Assembly (NCBI GenBank): GCA_043822345.1
Contig: JBDRBW010000008.1
Coordinates: 2,332 to 66,331, forward strand
DNA length: 64,000 nucleotides
Direction: 5' to 3'
From: Patescibacteria group bacterium
GTDB taxonomy: Bacteria > Patescibacteriota > Minisyncoccia > UBA6257 > UBA11618
A program made the translations under genes and the position numbers. Positions 45,248 to 55,978 of this stretch are shown one piece after another. The notes under the pieces were generated by a model that worked only from the letters and a program-made list of their open reading frames with translations, did no database searches and was not told where the DNA came from. Positions within the stretch are counted from its first letter, which is position 1, and each line of letters starts with the position of its first letter.

Positions 45248-46339
45248 ATGAACTTAAACCAACTTCACAATCAAGCCCAAAAAGAAATCCAAGCGACTAA
45301 AGACGCCAAAACTTTGGAGGTTTTGCGTATTAAATATCTGGGCCGTAAAAGCGAGCTGACAAAGATTTTGCGTTCACTGGCTCAACAATCATTAGGCGAA
45401 CGAAAAAAAATAGGCCCTGCCGCCAACACTCTAAAAAAAGAACTAAGCCAACTTTTTAATTCGCAAATCAAAAAGTTGGAAACCAGAAACCAGAAACCAG
45501 AAACCAAAATAGACTTAACCCTGCCGGGCAAAAAAATTACCCAAGGGCATCTGCATATTTTGACTAAAGTAGAAAATGAGATTAGAGATATTTTCAAAAG
45601 CTTAAATTTTTCCGTTGTTGAGGGGCCGGAAGTGGAGACCGAATATAATAATTTTGACGCCCTTAATATTCCCCAAGATCATCCGGCGCGGGATATGTGG
45701 GATACGTTTTGGCTTCGCCAAAACTCTGGAAGCCAGAAACTAGAAGCTAGAAGCCAGAAATTATTGATGCGTACCCATACTAGTCCGATGCAGATAAGGT
45801 ATATGCAAAAGCATCAGCCGCCCTTTCAGATTATTGTGCCGGGGCGGGTTTTTCGCCATGAGGCGACCGATTTTTCTCACGAATTTAATTTTCATCAGAT
45901 TGAAGGCCTAATGGTAGGCGAGGACGTTTCAATGGCTCATCTTAAATTTGTGATCGAGGAGTTTTTCAGTAGATTCTTCGCTAACGCTCCCGCCGACGCT
46001 AAAGCTAAGGCGGGCAGGCAGAATGACAAGAGTGGCGTGGAAGTTCGGCTACGGCCCAGTTATTTTCCTTTTGTTGAACCCGGTGTGGAGATAGATGTGA
46101 AAATGCCTGCCCGAAACGCTTCGCGTAACGATGCGGGCGGGGCTGGCAAGGGATGGTTGGAGATGGCTGGCGCCGGTATGGTTCACCCTAATGTTTTTAA
46201 GGCGGTTGGCTATAATCCAAATAACGTCCAGGGCTTCGCCTTTGGTTTTGGTATGGAGCGGCTGGCGATGATTAAATACAATATTCCCGATATCAGATTA
46301 TTCCACTCCGGCGATTTAAGGTTCGTTAGGCAATTTTAA
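45248..46339 (+). CDS. pheS: Phenylalanine--tRNA ligase alpha subunit, with in-frame simple-repeat insertions
   Basis: Class II aaRS motifs (FRHEATDFSHEFNFHQIEG, GFAFGFGMERLAM). CCAGAAA x4 at 45479-45508 and ggaagccagaaactagaagctagaagccagaaa at 45728-45760 add extra residues. Confidence 0.9.
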   Translation: MNLNQLHNQAQKEIQATKDAKTLEVLRIKYLGRKSELTKILRSLAQQSLGERKKIGPAANTLKKELSQLFNSQIKKLETRNQKPETKIDLTLPGKKITQGHLHILTKVENEIRDIFKSLNFSVVEGPEVETEYNNFDALNIPQDHPARDMWDTFWLRQNSGSQKLEARSQKLLMRTHTSPMQIRYMQKHQPPFQIIVPGRVFRHEATDFSHEFNFHQIEGLMVGEDVSMAHLKFVIEEFFSRFFANAPADAKAKAGRQNDKSGVEVRLRPSYFPFVEPGVEIDVKMPARNASRNDAGGAGKGWLEMAGAGMVHPNVFKAVGYNPNNVQGFAFGFGMERLAMIKYNIPDIRLFHSGDLRFVRQF

Positions 46340-46346
46340 TAATCCG

Positions 46347-46426
46347 TCATCCTGAGGACGAAGTCGAGTCTGACTCGACGAAGCCCGAAGGATCTTTTAA
46401 AGATTCTTCACTTCGTTCAGAATGAC
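46347..46426. repeat. Family-1 palindromic element
   Basis: Reads gtcatcctgaggacgaagtcgagtctgactcgacgaagcccgaaggatcttttaaagattcttcacttcgttcagaatgac. Confidence 0.7.
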
Positions 46427-46436
46427 TAATAAGACA

Positions 46437-48398
46437 ATGAAATTCTCATACAAACTTCTAAAACAACTCGTTCCAAAATTACCCAATGCGCAAAAAACGG
46501 CAGAGCTTTTATCATTACACCTTTTTGAAAGCGAGGTGATTGGTAAGGATATTTTGGAGATTGATGTTTTGCCCAATCGCTACTCGGATGCGGCATGTTA
46601 CGTTGGACTAGCAAAAGAGCTTTGTGCTTTGTTGGGTGGTTCTTTGACTAATCCAAGAACTAAAAAGATTGCCACACTCCCTTCGGTCGTTCGCAATGAC
46701 GGGAAAGTGATATTCGATGTAATAGTTAAAACCAAGCTGTGTAATCGGATGGCGGCTAGATACTTTGAGGATATTAAAATAAAGCCATCTCCCAAATGGA
46801 TGCAGGATGCTCTGCGCGCCAGTGGTATACAGCTAATCAACAATCTGGTTGATATTACTAATTATGTAACTTTGGAAACCGGCCAGCCGTTGCACGCTTT
46901 TGATTTTGACAAGATGGCGGGCGGTAAATTAATTGTTCGTCCGGCAAAAGGGGGAGAAAAAGTTACTTCTTTAGAAAATGCCGTCTACGATCTCAACCCT
47001 AATAATTTAGTGCTAGCTGATGGCAAAGAGCCGTTGGATGTTGCCGGTATTAAAGGCGGTAAGAAAGCTGAAATCACCTCGGCTACTAAAAATATTCTTT
47101 TAACCGCCGGCAGTTTTGACGGCGTTAGTATTTATAAAACATCGCGTCAGATTAATTTAGCCACCGACGCTTCAATCCGCTTCTCCCACAATATCAGCCC
47201 CGAATTAGTGGCAGTGGGCATAGCCAGAGCCACGCAATTAATAAAAGAACTATGTGGCGGTAAAACCGGTGTTCTTGTGGATATCTACCAAAACAAACCG
47301 AGCCGCCGCCTGATTAAATTTGATATCAATCGGTTTAACAACATTAGTGGTCTAGAGCTAAAAGAGAAAGAGGCGCTAGGTTATCTCAAGAAATTGGGAT
47401 TTGTCATTAAAGATAATTTAGTTGAGCCGCCGGCGATCCGGACTGACATTAGTATTTTTGAGGATTTGGTGGAAGAGGCGGCCAGATTACACGGCTATCA
47501 CAACATCAAATCACAGCCCCCGCAGATATTTATGCGCACCTCTGAATTTGAGGATCGCATTAATTTCAAAGACAATATTAGAAAGATACTTATCAGCTTT
47601 GGCTTGGATGAGGTGTACAATTATTCTTTTTTATCAGCTCATGATTTATCGCGCGAAGGGCTACCGGCGGCTTTTGAGCTGGAAAATCCGGTTAGTAAGG
47701 AATTCGCTTTTCTCCGACCGTCACTTTTGCCGGGATTGGCAAAGGCGCTAGACAGCAATCTACGCTTTATTGAAAAACCAGCCATCTTTGAGATCGGCCG
47801 TGTTTTCAAGGGGTCGCTGGCCAAAAAAGAGTTGGTTGATGAACGATTAAATTTAGGAATGGCTATCGCTGACAAGCGCGGCGCCTTTCTAGAAATTAAG
47901 GGCGCGATTGATGGCTTATTTGAGCAGTTGGGCATAGTTGATTATTTAATGAAAGAAGACACTCAACAGCCGTCTACAAAATTAATTATAGAATCTGACG
48001 GTAAAGAAATCGGCTGTGTTTTACATAAAAAGGACGGCAAAACTGCCCTAGTGGAAGTGGATCTTGATGATTTATTGAATCTGGTTGAGGGGGAGAAGAG
48101 CTATGAACCCCTGCCGAAGTTTCCATCAATCATGCGCGATATTTCAATGTTGGTGCCACAGGAAATTCGTTTTACTCAGATTATGTCTTTGATAGAAAAC
48201 ACCGCCCCCAAGTATCTTGACGATGTTGATCTAATCGATTTCTATGAGGATGAAAAATTCTCTCACGGAAACCGAAGCTTAACTTTTCGCTTGGTGTTTT
48301 TGGACCGCGGTAAAACTTTGACCGACAAAGAGGTTGATGTAGAGATGAAAAAAATTACTAAAATATTGGTGGATAAGTTGGGAGTTGAGATTAGGTAA
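46437..48398 (+). CDS. pheT: Phenylalanine--tRNA ligase beta subunit (short form, 654 aa)
   Basis: Start MKFSYKLLKQL. Has B3/4 and B5-like regions and a C-terminal anticodon-binding-like domain. Follows pheS. Confidence 0.8.
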   Translation: MKFSYKLLKQLVPKLPNAQKTAELLSLHLFESEVIGKDILEIDVLPNRYSDAACYVGLAKELCALLGGSLTNPRTKKIATLPSVVRNDGKVIFDVIVKTKLCNRMAARYFEDIKIKPSPKWMQDALRASGIQLINNLVDITNYVTLETGQPLHAFDFDKMAGGKLIVRPAKGGEKVTSLENAVYDLNPNNLVLADGKEPLDVAGIKGGKKAEITSATKNILLTAGSFDGVSIYKTSRQINLATDASIRFSHNISPELVAVGIARATQLIKELCGGKTGVLVDIYQNKPSRRLIKFDINRFNNISGLELKEKEALGYLKKLGFVIKDNLVEPPAIRTDISIFEDLVEEAARLHGYHNIKSQPPQIFMRTSEFEDRINFKDNIRKILISFGLDEVYNYSFLSAHDLSREGLPAAFELENPVSKEFAFLRPSLLPGLAKALDSNLRFIEKPAIFEIGRVFKGSLAKKELVDERLNLGMAIADKRGAFLEIKGAIDGLFEQLGIVDYLMKEDTQQPSTKLIIESDGKEIGCVLHKKDGKTALVEVDLDDLLNLVEGEKSYEPLPKFPSIMRDISMLVPQEIRFTQIMSLIENTAPKYLDDVDLIDFYEDEKFSHGNRSLTFRLVFLDRGKTLTDKEVDVEMKKITKILVDKLGVEIR

Positions 48399-48419
48399 CT
48401 TGATTGGTATAATTGAATT

Positions 48420-48719
48420 ATGAAAGGAGCGGAAAAATATTCTATTGGCCTTTGGTTGCTGACGTTGGTGCTGGTAACCACCTTTGCTTTGCAGTACAGC
48501 CAACATCTTGATAATGATGGCAGTGTGATTTTTGCCGGTGAAAGCGCCGCTGATTATTTTGTTGTCGGCAACTGTCCGGATGGCGTGGAGATTTTTGGCT
48601 GGGGCAATAGGGCGGTCGGCACTAATGGTAGTGAACTGGGATGCTTTAATGCGGACGGCGAGCGTCTTGATAGCATAACTAATCTAGCCAGTTGCCGAGA
48701 CGTTGTTTGCGGCCGATAG
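48420..48719 (+). CDS. Small secreted Cys-containing hypothetical protein
   Basis: Signal/TM N-terminus; 99 aa. Confidence 0.35.
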   Translation: MKGAEKYSIGLWLLTLVLVTTFALQYSQHLDNDGSVIFAGESAADYFVVGNCPDGVEIFGWGNRAVGTNGSELGCFNADGERLDSITNLASCRDVVCGR

Positions 48720-48798
48720 ATGCGGATAAAATATGGCTCTTCTGGAGCCGTATTTTAATTGCTTATAATAAGAAAATTTGCTATACTTATCTTATTAA

Positions 48799-50739
<1,941 letters not shown>

Positions 50740-50766
50740 AAGTTTTTTAAGCATAATAATGGCATT

Positions 50767-50952
50767 ATGAATATTGAGAAGATCAAATCTTTTCTTCAAG
50801 AATCAAAAAAAGAATTCAGGCGAGTCAACTGGCCGACTTATCAAGAGACAGTGCGGTTAACGATTATCGTAGTTGCTATGTCCCTATTAGTCGCCGCTTT
50901 TCTCGGTTTGTTTGATTTTATTTTTCTTATCGGATTAGAATCTTTACTATGA
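50767..50952 (+). CDS. secE: Preprotein translocase subunit SecE
   Basis: 61 aa, single C-terminal TM, conserved position before nusG. Confidence 0.65.
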   Translation: MNIEKIKSFLQESKKEFRRVNWPTYQETVRLTIIVVAMSLLVAAFLGLFDFIFLIGLESLL

Positions 50953-51033
50953 TTACGAAAACACGAAAACACGAAAACACGAAAACAACGGCGCTTTTGT
51001 GTTTAGGCCGAAGGCCGTATGTTTTTGTGTTTT
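50950..51033. repeat. Family-2 element between secE and nusG
   Basis: Reads atgattacgaaaacacgaaaacacgaaaacacgaaaaca...ggccgaaggcc...tgtttttgtgtttta. It overlaps the secE stop codon. Confidence 0.6.
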
Positions 51034-51045
51034 AGTGAAATCAAC

Positions 51046-51633
51046 ATGGAAATCAACAAAGAAAAACAAATACCCGAAGAGAACTCTACTTCTCAAGAGG
51101 CGACATCTAATCGCCACTGGTACGCCGTTCATACCTATTCCGGTTATGAGGATGCGGTGGCGCGCTATCTTAAACAACGTGTTAGTTCGCTGGCAATGCA
51201 GGATAGAATTTTTGATGTTATCGTTCCTAAAGAAAAGAAAATTAAGATCAAAAACGGCCAACGGCGCACTGTTGAGGAAAAGATTTATCCCGGTTATGTT
51301 TTAGTGGATATGGTAATGACTGAAGACACTTGGTATGTGGTCCGCAACACACCGCGAGTAACCCGATTTGTGGGCGCCGAAACCACCAAGCCCGTGCCTT
51401 TATCTCACAATGAGGTGGAGTCGCTGTTGGCGCGCATGAATCGAGACGAGACCAGATTTAAGATAGAGTTTAACATTGATGATCCGGTGAAGATTATTGA
51501 CGGGCCATTCAAAGATTATGATGGTAAAATATCGGAGATTGATCAGGAGCGCGGCAAAGTTAAGGTACTGGTGCAAATTTTCGGCCGTGACACCGCTGTC
51601 GAACTCGATCTATTACAAGTGGCAAAATTATGA
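51046..51633 (+). CDS. nusG: Transcription termination/antitermination factor NusG
   Basis: NGN domain ([11 protein letters not shown]) and C-terminal KOW ([22 protein letters not shown]). Confidence 0.85.
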   Translation: MEINKEKQIPEENSTSQEATSNRHWYAVHTYSGYEDAVARYLKQRVSSLAMQDRIFDVIVPKEKKIKIKNGQRRTVEEKIYPGYVLVDMVMTEDTWYVVRNTPRVTRFVGAETTKPVPLSHNEVESLLARMNRDETRFKIEFNIDDPVKIIDGPFKDYDGKISEIDQERGKVKVLVQIFGRDTAVELDLLQVAKL

Positions 51634-52058
51634 GCAAAGCTATCAAAATAATCGTCAAAGTTCAGGCCCTCGCCGGCCAAGCGACGCCCGCACCGCCTTT
51701 GGGTCCGGCTTTAGGCCAGCATGGCGTCAATATTCAGGATTTTTGCAAGCAATTCAATGACGCCACCAAAGATATGCCGGGCGGAGAGATTATCCCCGCC
51801 GAGCTTACGATATATGAAGATCGGAGTTTTAGTTTCAAGCTCAAGACCCCGCCGGCGGCTATTTTACTGAAAAAAGCGGCTGGTTTAGAAAAGGGTTCGG
51901 CCGGGGGCGCTAAAAAGAAGGTGGGCAAGGTCAGTAAGGCCGATGTCCGCAAAATCGCCGAGCGGAAGATGGAGGATTTGAATGCTTATGATATTGAGGC
52001 GGCGGAAAAGATTATCGCTGGCACCGCCAAGAATATGGGAATCGAGGTTGTAGAATAA
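51630..52058 (+). CDS. rplK: 50S ribosomal protein L11
   Basis: [24 protein letters not shown]; 142 aa. Confidence 0.9.
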   Translation: MSKAIKIIVKVQALAGQATPAPPLGPALGQHGVNIQDFCKQFNDATKDMPGGEIIPAELTIYEDRSFSFKLKTPPAAILLKKAAGLEKGSAGGAKKKVGKVSKADVRKIAERKMEDLNAYDIEAAEKIIAGTAKNMGIEVVE

Positions 52059-52078
52059 AAGATAAAACGGGACCTGTC

Positions 52079-52213
52079 AGCGGATATAGCCCTCAGGAAC
52101 CGCGGTCCGATTGCTCCAGCGGAAATCGGCCGCTTGGCTCTCGGCGAATTTCTCTCGCAAGCTCGAGACCAAGCAAATTCGCCTCCGAGACATTCCTTCG
52201 GGCTATATCCGCT
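52079..52213 (+). ncRNA. Structured RNA element downstream of rplK: a 13-bp closing stem enclosing two imperfect hairpins, candidate 3'UTR/terminator or cis-regulatory RNA
   Basis: agcggatatagccc ... gggctatatccgct closes ~110 nt containing hairpins. A weak T-run lies 8 nt downstream. No rplA follows. Confidence 0.35.
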
Positions 52214-52425
52214 ACCACCAGTTTTTCGTTTATGCGCCACTGATTTTTATTTTTCTACCCCCATTGTCATTCTGGACTTGATCCGGGATCCAGTACATTA
52301 TAGAAAATAATCTTTTCCTTGTGGAAAAATTAATGAAAAAACCGAAGGGGGCGTCTTTCTTTTTGTAAAAAAATATGCTATATTAATCCCAGTTCTGGCA
52401 CTTTAACAACAGGAAAGGAAGTGAT

Positions 52426-53100
52426 ATGCACGAGAGATTTTTTGCCATTGAAGGTATTGACGGCGTTGGCAAGGGGACACAGGCGCATTTACTAGCCGAT
52501 CGTTTGCGGCAAGAGGGCTTTCCGCAGAAACTAATTAGTTTTCCACGCTATGAAACGGAGTGGGGTAAGTTAATTAAAGAATATCTGCATGGCCGTTTTG
52601 GCAATCCAGTCACAGTTAATCCCCACATCGCCTCCACTTTTTACGCTGGCGATCGTTTTGTCGCCACTCCTCAAATTATCAAGTGGATGGAGAGGGAGGA
52701 GAGGATTGTTGTCGCTGATCGTTATTCGCCTTCAAATTTTGCCTATCAGGGCGCAAAGATTGAATCGGAGGAAGAACGTTGTAACTTTTTTAACTGGCTA
52801 TGGAATCTCGAACATGTCAGATTAAGGGCGCCGGTGCCGTTCTGTATCTTTCTTGATGTGCCGCTGAAAGTAAGTCTGGAGTGGAAAGGTATGCAACGAA
52901 TAGATGACGGACAAGATCTTGATGGTCACGAGGCCAATGCTGATTATCAAGCTAAAGTCAAGGATGTCTATCGATGGTTAGCGCGATATCTTTTCAGGTA
53001 TTCTGTTACCATTAATTGTTGTGAAAACAAAAAAGTTTTGGCGCCAGAGGCGATTCATGATAAGATTTGGGAAGTTGTTTATTCTAAGCTGTCATCCTGA
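52426..53100 (+). CDS. tmk: Thymidylate kinase
   Basis: P-loop IEGIDGVGKGTQ, DRY motif, LID region. The stop codon lies inside a family-1 element. Confidence 0.8.
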   Translation: MHERFFAIEGIDGVGKGTQAHLLADRLRQEGFPQKLISFPRYETEWGKLIKEYLHGRFGNPVTVNPHIASTFYAGDRFVATPQIIKWMEREERIVVADRYSPSNFAYQGAKIESEEERCNFFNWLWNLEHVRLRAPVPFCIFLDVPLKVSLEWKGMQRIDDGQDLDGHEANADYQAKVKDVYRWLARYLFRYSVTINCCENKKVLAPEAIHDKIWEVVYSKLSS

Positions 53101-53148
53101 GTGAAACGAAGGATCTTCGTAAGATTCTTCACATTCGTTCAGAATGAC
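53091..53148. repeat. Family-1 short element spanning the tmk stop codon
   Basis: Reads gtcatcctgagtgaaacgaaggatcttcgtaagattcttcacattcgttcagaatgac. Confidence 0.7.
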
Positions 53149-53170
53149 GAAAAAAGAAAGGAAAAAAATC

Positions 53171-53629
53171 ATGAATCTTTGCCCAAGAAAAAGCGTTGGC
53201 GCTATAATTACAGACGACGAAGGCAAGTATCTTTGTCTTTATCGCAAAGGTAAAGACGAAAACGATCCTACTAAGGGATTGGCTTTTGTAGCTGGTCATC
53301 TTGATTGGGTTGATGGCGAAAAAACTAAATTAGAATATCCGAAAACCGCGCTAGTGAGAGAGGGAGAGGAAGAGGTTGGTGTAAAGATTAGGTCGGCTCG
53401 CTTAGCCCTTCACGAAACCTACCCCAATCCTTGCGGCAAAGGATTTGATACCCACGAATGGTTTGTTTATTGGGTGACGAGTTATGAATGTCAACCAATA
53501 AATTTGGAACCGGGAAAACACGAATGGATTAGATTTCTCACCGCTTATGAAATTGCAGAATTTGTGGGACGCGGCGATTGCGACCCTGCTTGGTCGAAAC
53601 ACATCTGGCCAGCGCTCGATTTAGCGTAA
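53171..53629 (+). CDS. NUDIX hydrolase
   Basis: Nudix box REGEEEVGVKI; start at the RBS-supported MNLCPRK. Confidence 0.65.
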   Translation: MNLCPRKSVGAIITDDEGKYLCLYRKGKDENDPTKGLAFVAGHLDWVDGEKTKLEYPKTALVREGEEEVGVKIRSARLALHETYPNPCGKGFDTHEWFVYWVTSYECQPINLEPGKHEWIRFLTAYEIAEFVGRGDCDPAWSKHIWPALDLA

Positions 53630-53657
53630 ACGGTCGCCTAAGGCGACCGTTTTTAGT
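53627..53657 (+). terminator. Intrinsic terminator aaacggtcgcc-taa-ggcgaccgttt + T
   Basis: Perfect 11-bp stem. Confidence 0.6.
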
Positions 53658-53701
53658 TATCCACAACTTTCTTTTTATTCTGTGCTATAATTAGGTGCAT
53701 T

Positions 53702-54163
53702 ATGCGCAGTGTAGTTTTTTGTTCAAGTTCAAGGTTTGGGAAAGAGATGCAAGAGTTTATTGCCGAATTGAAAAGATTAGCTCACGAACGAGACGTTCAT
53801 TTGATTATCATGGAACCGGGCTTTGGCGAGCTTGAGATAAGTTTTGATAAAACCGCCTGCGAAAAAGATCGCTTGGAAAATCCTTATTACCGCGCCACCG
53901 TCGGCGGTAAGGTTTATGATCATTTGTTCCGCAAGGTGCGTATCGCCGATGTTTGTTTTGTTTTTAATAAAGATGGCTATATGGGCGTTAATACGACGGG
54001 GGAGTTGTTTGCCGCCGCTATGGCCGGTAAGATGTGCTACGCGCTAGAGGAGAAAACTTTAATGGGCGGTTATCCCCACGATTTATACGAAGAACCCTCT
54101 AGCCGTAAACTAATCCACGAAGTTGTTTCTACTCCCGAAGAACTACTTAAGAGATTGATGTAA
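53702..54163 (+). CDS. Hypothetical protein (153 aa)
   Basis: Intact ORF with a terminator following; no confident motif. Confidence 0.4.
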   Translation: MRSVVFCSSSRFGKEMQEFIAELKRLAHERDVHLIIMEPGFGELEISFDKTACEKDRLENPYYRATVGGKVYDHLFRKVRIADVCFVFNKDGYMGVNTTGELFAAAMAGKMCYALEEKTLMGGYPHDLYEEPSSRKLIHEVVSTPEELLKRLM

Positions 54164-54195
54164 AAATCCCCGAGCTAAGCTCGGGGATTGTTTTC
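54163..54195. terminator. Bidirectional intrinsic terminator aatccccgagc-taa-gctcggggatt
   Basis: Perfect 11-bp stem flanked by an A-run and a T-run. Confidence 0.6.
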
Positions 54196-54451
54196 AGAGA
54201 ATACATGCCTTTTGAAGGTGAGAGATTGCTTTCTGGATAGGATAGTGAACGCGACCAAAGTGATGGACGTGAGTTTTCATAAAGTGGTCCACCACCTTTT
54301 CACGATCATCTACCTCCTGCCAAAAATTCTCATCTTTACCGCCATTTTGTCGATAGCACTTCTCGGCTTCTTCAACTACATCATGGCGAAATAGTTCAAT
54401 CGCTAACTGGCGGGTCAATCTTGGTTGCTTAGCCACGGTTGTGATAGGCAT
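54194..54451 (-). CDS. Small hypothetical protein (85 aa)
   Basis: ORF on the opposite strand between terminators. The SD directly abuts the ATG. Confidence 0.25.
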   Translation of the reverse strand: MPITTVAKQPRLTRQLAIELFRHDVVEEAEKCYRQNGGKDENFWQEVDDREKVVDHFMKTHVHHFGRVHYPIQKAISHLQKACIL

Positions 54452-54547
54452 CCTCCTTTCAAGGAACGAATTGGTAGTATAACATAGTAGCTGTTAATTT
54501 GTCAACAGCCGTTGTTAAGTAGATAGATTTTTGTTTTAATTAGAAGC

Positions 54548-55978
54548 ATGAAAAGCGATTCTTATCAACCGACTATTGGCCTTGAAATTCATACTGAACT
54601 CAAAACGCAGACCAAGATGTTCTGTGATTGCCTCAATGATTCAGACGAAAAACACCCTAACGTTAATATCTGCTCGGTTTGCTCCGGCCACCCGGGCGTT
54701 TTACCGACCATCAATAAAAAAGCGGTGGAGTTAGTTTTAAAAACAGGTATTGCTCTAGGTGGCAAGGTTTTTCCAAAAATTAGGAGCAAATTTGATCGCA
54801 AAAATTATTTTTACCCCGATCTTCCTAAGGGTTATCAAATCTCTCAATATGACGAGCCGTTGGTGGAAGGCGGTAAATTATTCGACGTTCGTGTTCGCCG
54901 CATTCATTTAGAAGAAGATGCCGGTCGACTAGTACATTCCGATAAAAACTATTCTTTAGTGGACTTCAATCGGGCGGGGGTGCCGTTAATGGAATTAGTC
55001 ACCGAACCCGATATTAAGGATGCTAATCAGGCGATGGAGTTTGCTAAAGAATTGCGGCTGATTTTGCGTTACTTGGGTGTTTCTGACGCTGATATGGAAA
55101 AGGGTCAGTTACGTCTTGAAGTAAATGTGTCTCTTGCGCCTGCTACCGCCGAGTTAGGTACTAAGGTTGAGGTGAAGAACATTAATTCTTTCAAGGCATT
55201 GGGGGAAGCGATTGGCTATGAAATAAGGCGCCAAACAGAGTTATTGGAGGCGGGTAAAAAAATCATTCAGGAAACTAGAGGGTGGAGCGATCCGAAAAAA
55301 AGTACCGTTTCTCAGCGAAGTAAGGAAGAAGCCCATGACTACCGTTATTTTCCTGAACCCGATCTGCCGCCATTTGACTCTAAATCATTTAACCTTAAAA
55401 ACTTAAAAATAGAGGTACCGGAATTACCGGAGGACAAGCGCCAAAGATTTGGTAAGGAATTTGGTCTCAGTAATGATCAGGCAAACCTTTTAGTACAAGA
55501 TATGGCTGGCGCCGATTACTTTGAGCAAGCGGCCTCGGAGTTGGAAAGCCCTAATCAGATAAATTTATTATTTAATTATATTACCAGCGATCTTTGGGGT
55601 TTAATGAAAAACGAGGGTGTTACTCTTGAAAATTTAAAAATAACCCCCCAGCATCTAGCGCATCTGATTGGTATGATTGACTCCAAAGAAATTACCAGTC
55701 GTATTGCCAAGAACGTTCTGGTAAAAATGGCGGAGAATGGCCTTGATCCCCATGAGATTGTGGAAAACGAAAAATGGACACAGATTTCCGATAAGAGCCA
55801 ATTAGGGGAGGTGATAGAGAAAGTTATTATTAATAATCCCAAGGCGGCGGCCGATTACAAAAAAGGCAAAACCAACGCCTTACAGTTTCTTGTTGGTATG
55901 GCGATGTCTGAATTGGGCGGCAACGCTGATCCCAACGAATTAAGAGAAATTATTTCCTCTGAGCTATCTCGCTCTTAA
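54548..55978 (+). CDS. gatB: Asp/Glu-tRNA(Asn/Gln) amidotransferase subunit B
   Basis: IGLEIHTELKT...MFCDC N-terminus and GatB/YqeY C-terminal domain. Confidence 0.9.
   Translation: MKSDSYQPTIGLEIHTELKTQTKMFCDCLNDSDEKHPNVNICSVCSGHPGVLPTINKKAVELVLKTGIALGGKVFPKIRSKFDRKNYFYPDLPKGYQISQYDEPLVEGGKLFDVRVRRIHLEEDAGRLVHSDKNYSLVDFNRAGVPLMELVTEPDIKDANQAMEFAKELRLILRYLGVSDADMEKGQLRLEVNVSLAPATAELGTKVEVKNINSFKALGEAIGYEIRRQTELLEAGKKIIQETRGWSDPKKSTVSQRSKEEAHDYRYFPEPDLPPFDSKSFNLKNLKIEVPELPEDKRQRFGKEFGLSNDQANLLVQDMAGADYFEQAASELESPNQINLLFNYITSDLWGLMKNEGVTLENLKITPQHLAHLIGMIDSKEITSRIAKNVLVKMAENGLDPHEIVENEKWTQISDKSQLGEVIEKVIINNPKAAADYKKGKTNALQFLVGMAMSELGGNADPNELREIISSELSRS

Noticed and set aside
52079-52213. SRP RNA / RNase P RNA / 6S assignment for the structured element after rplK
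   Set aside because: Conserved SRP domain IV (GGAAGCAGCC-like) and RNase P P4 motifs are absent. It remains unclassified.
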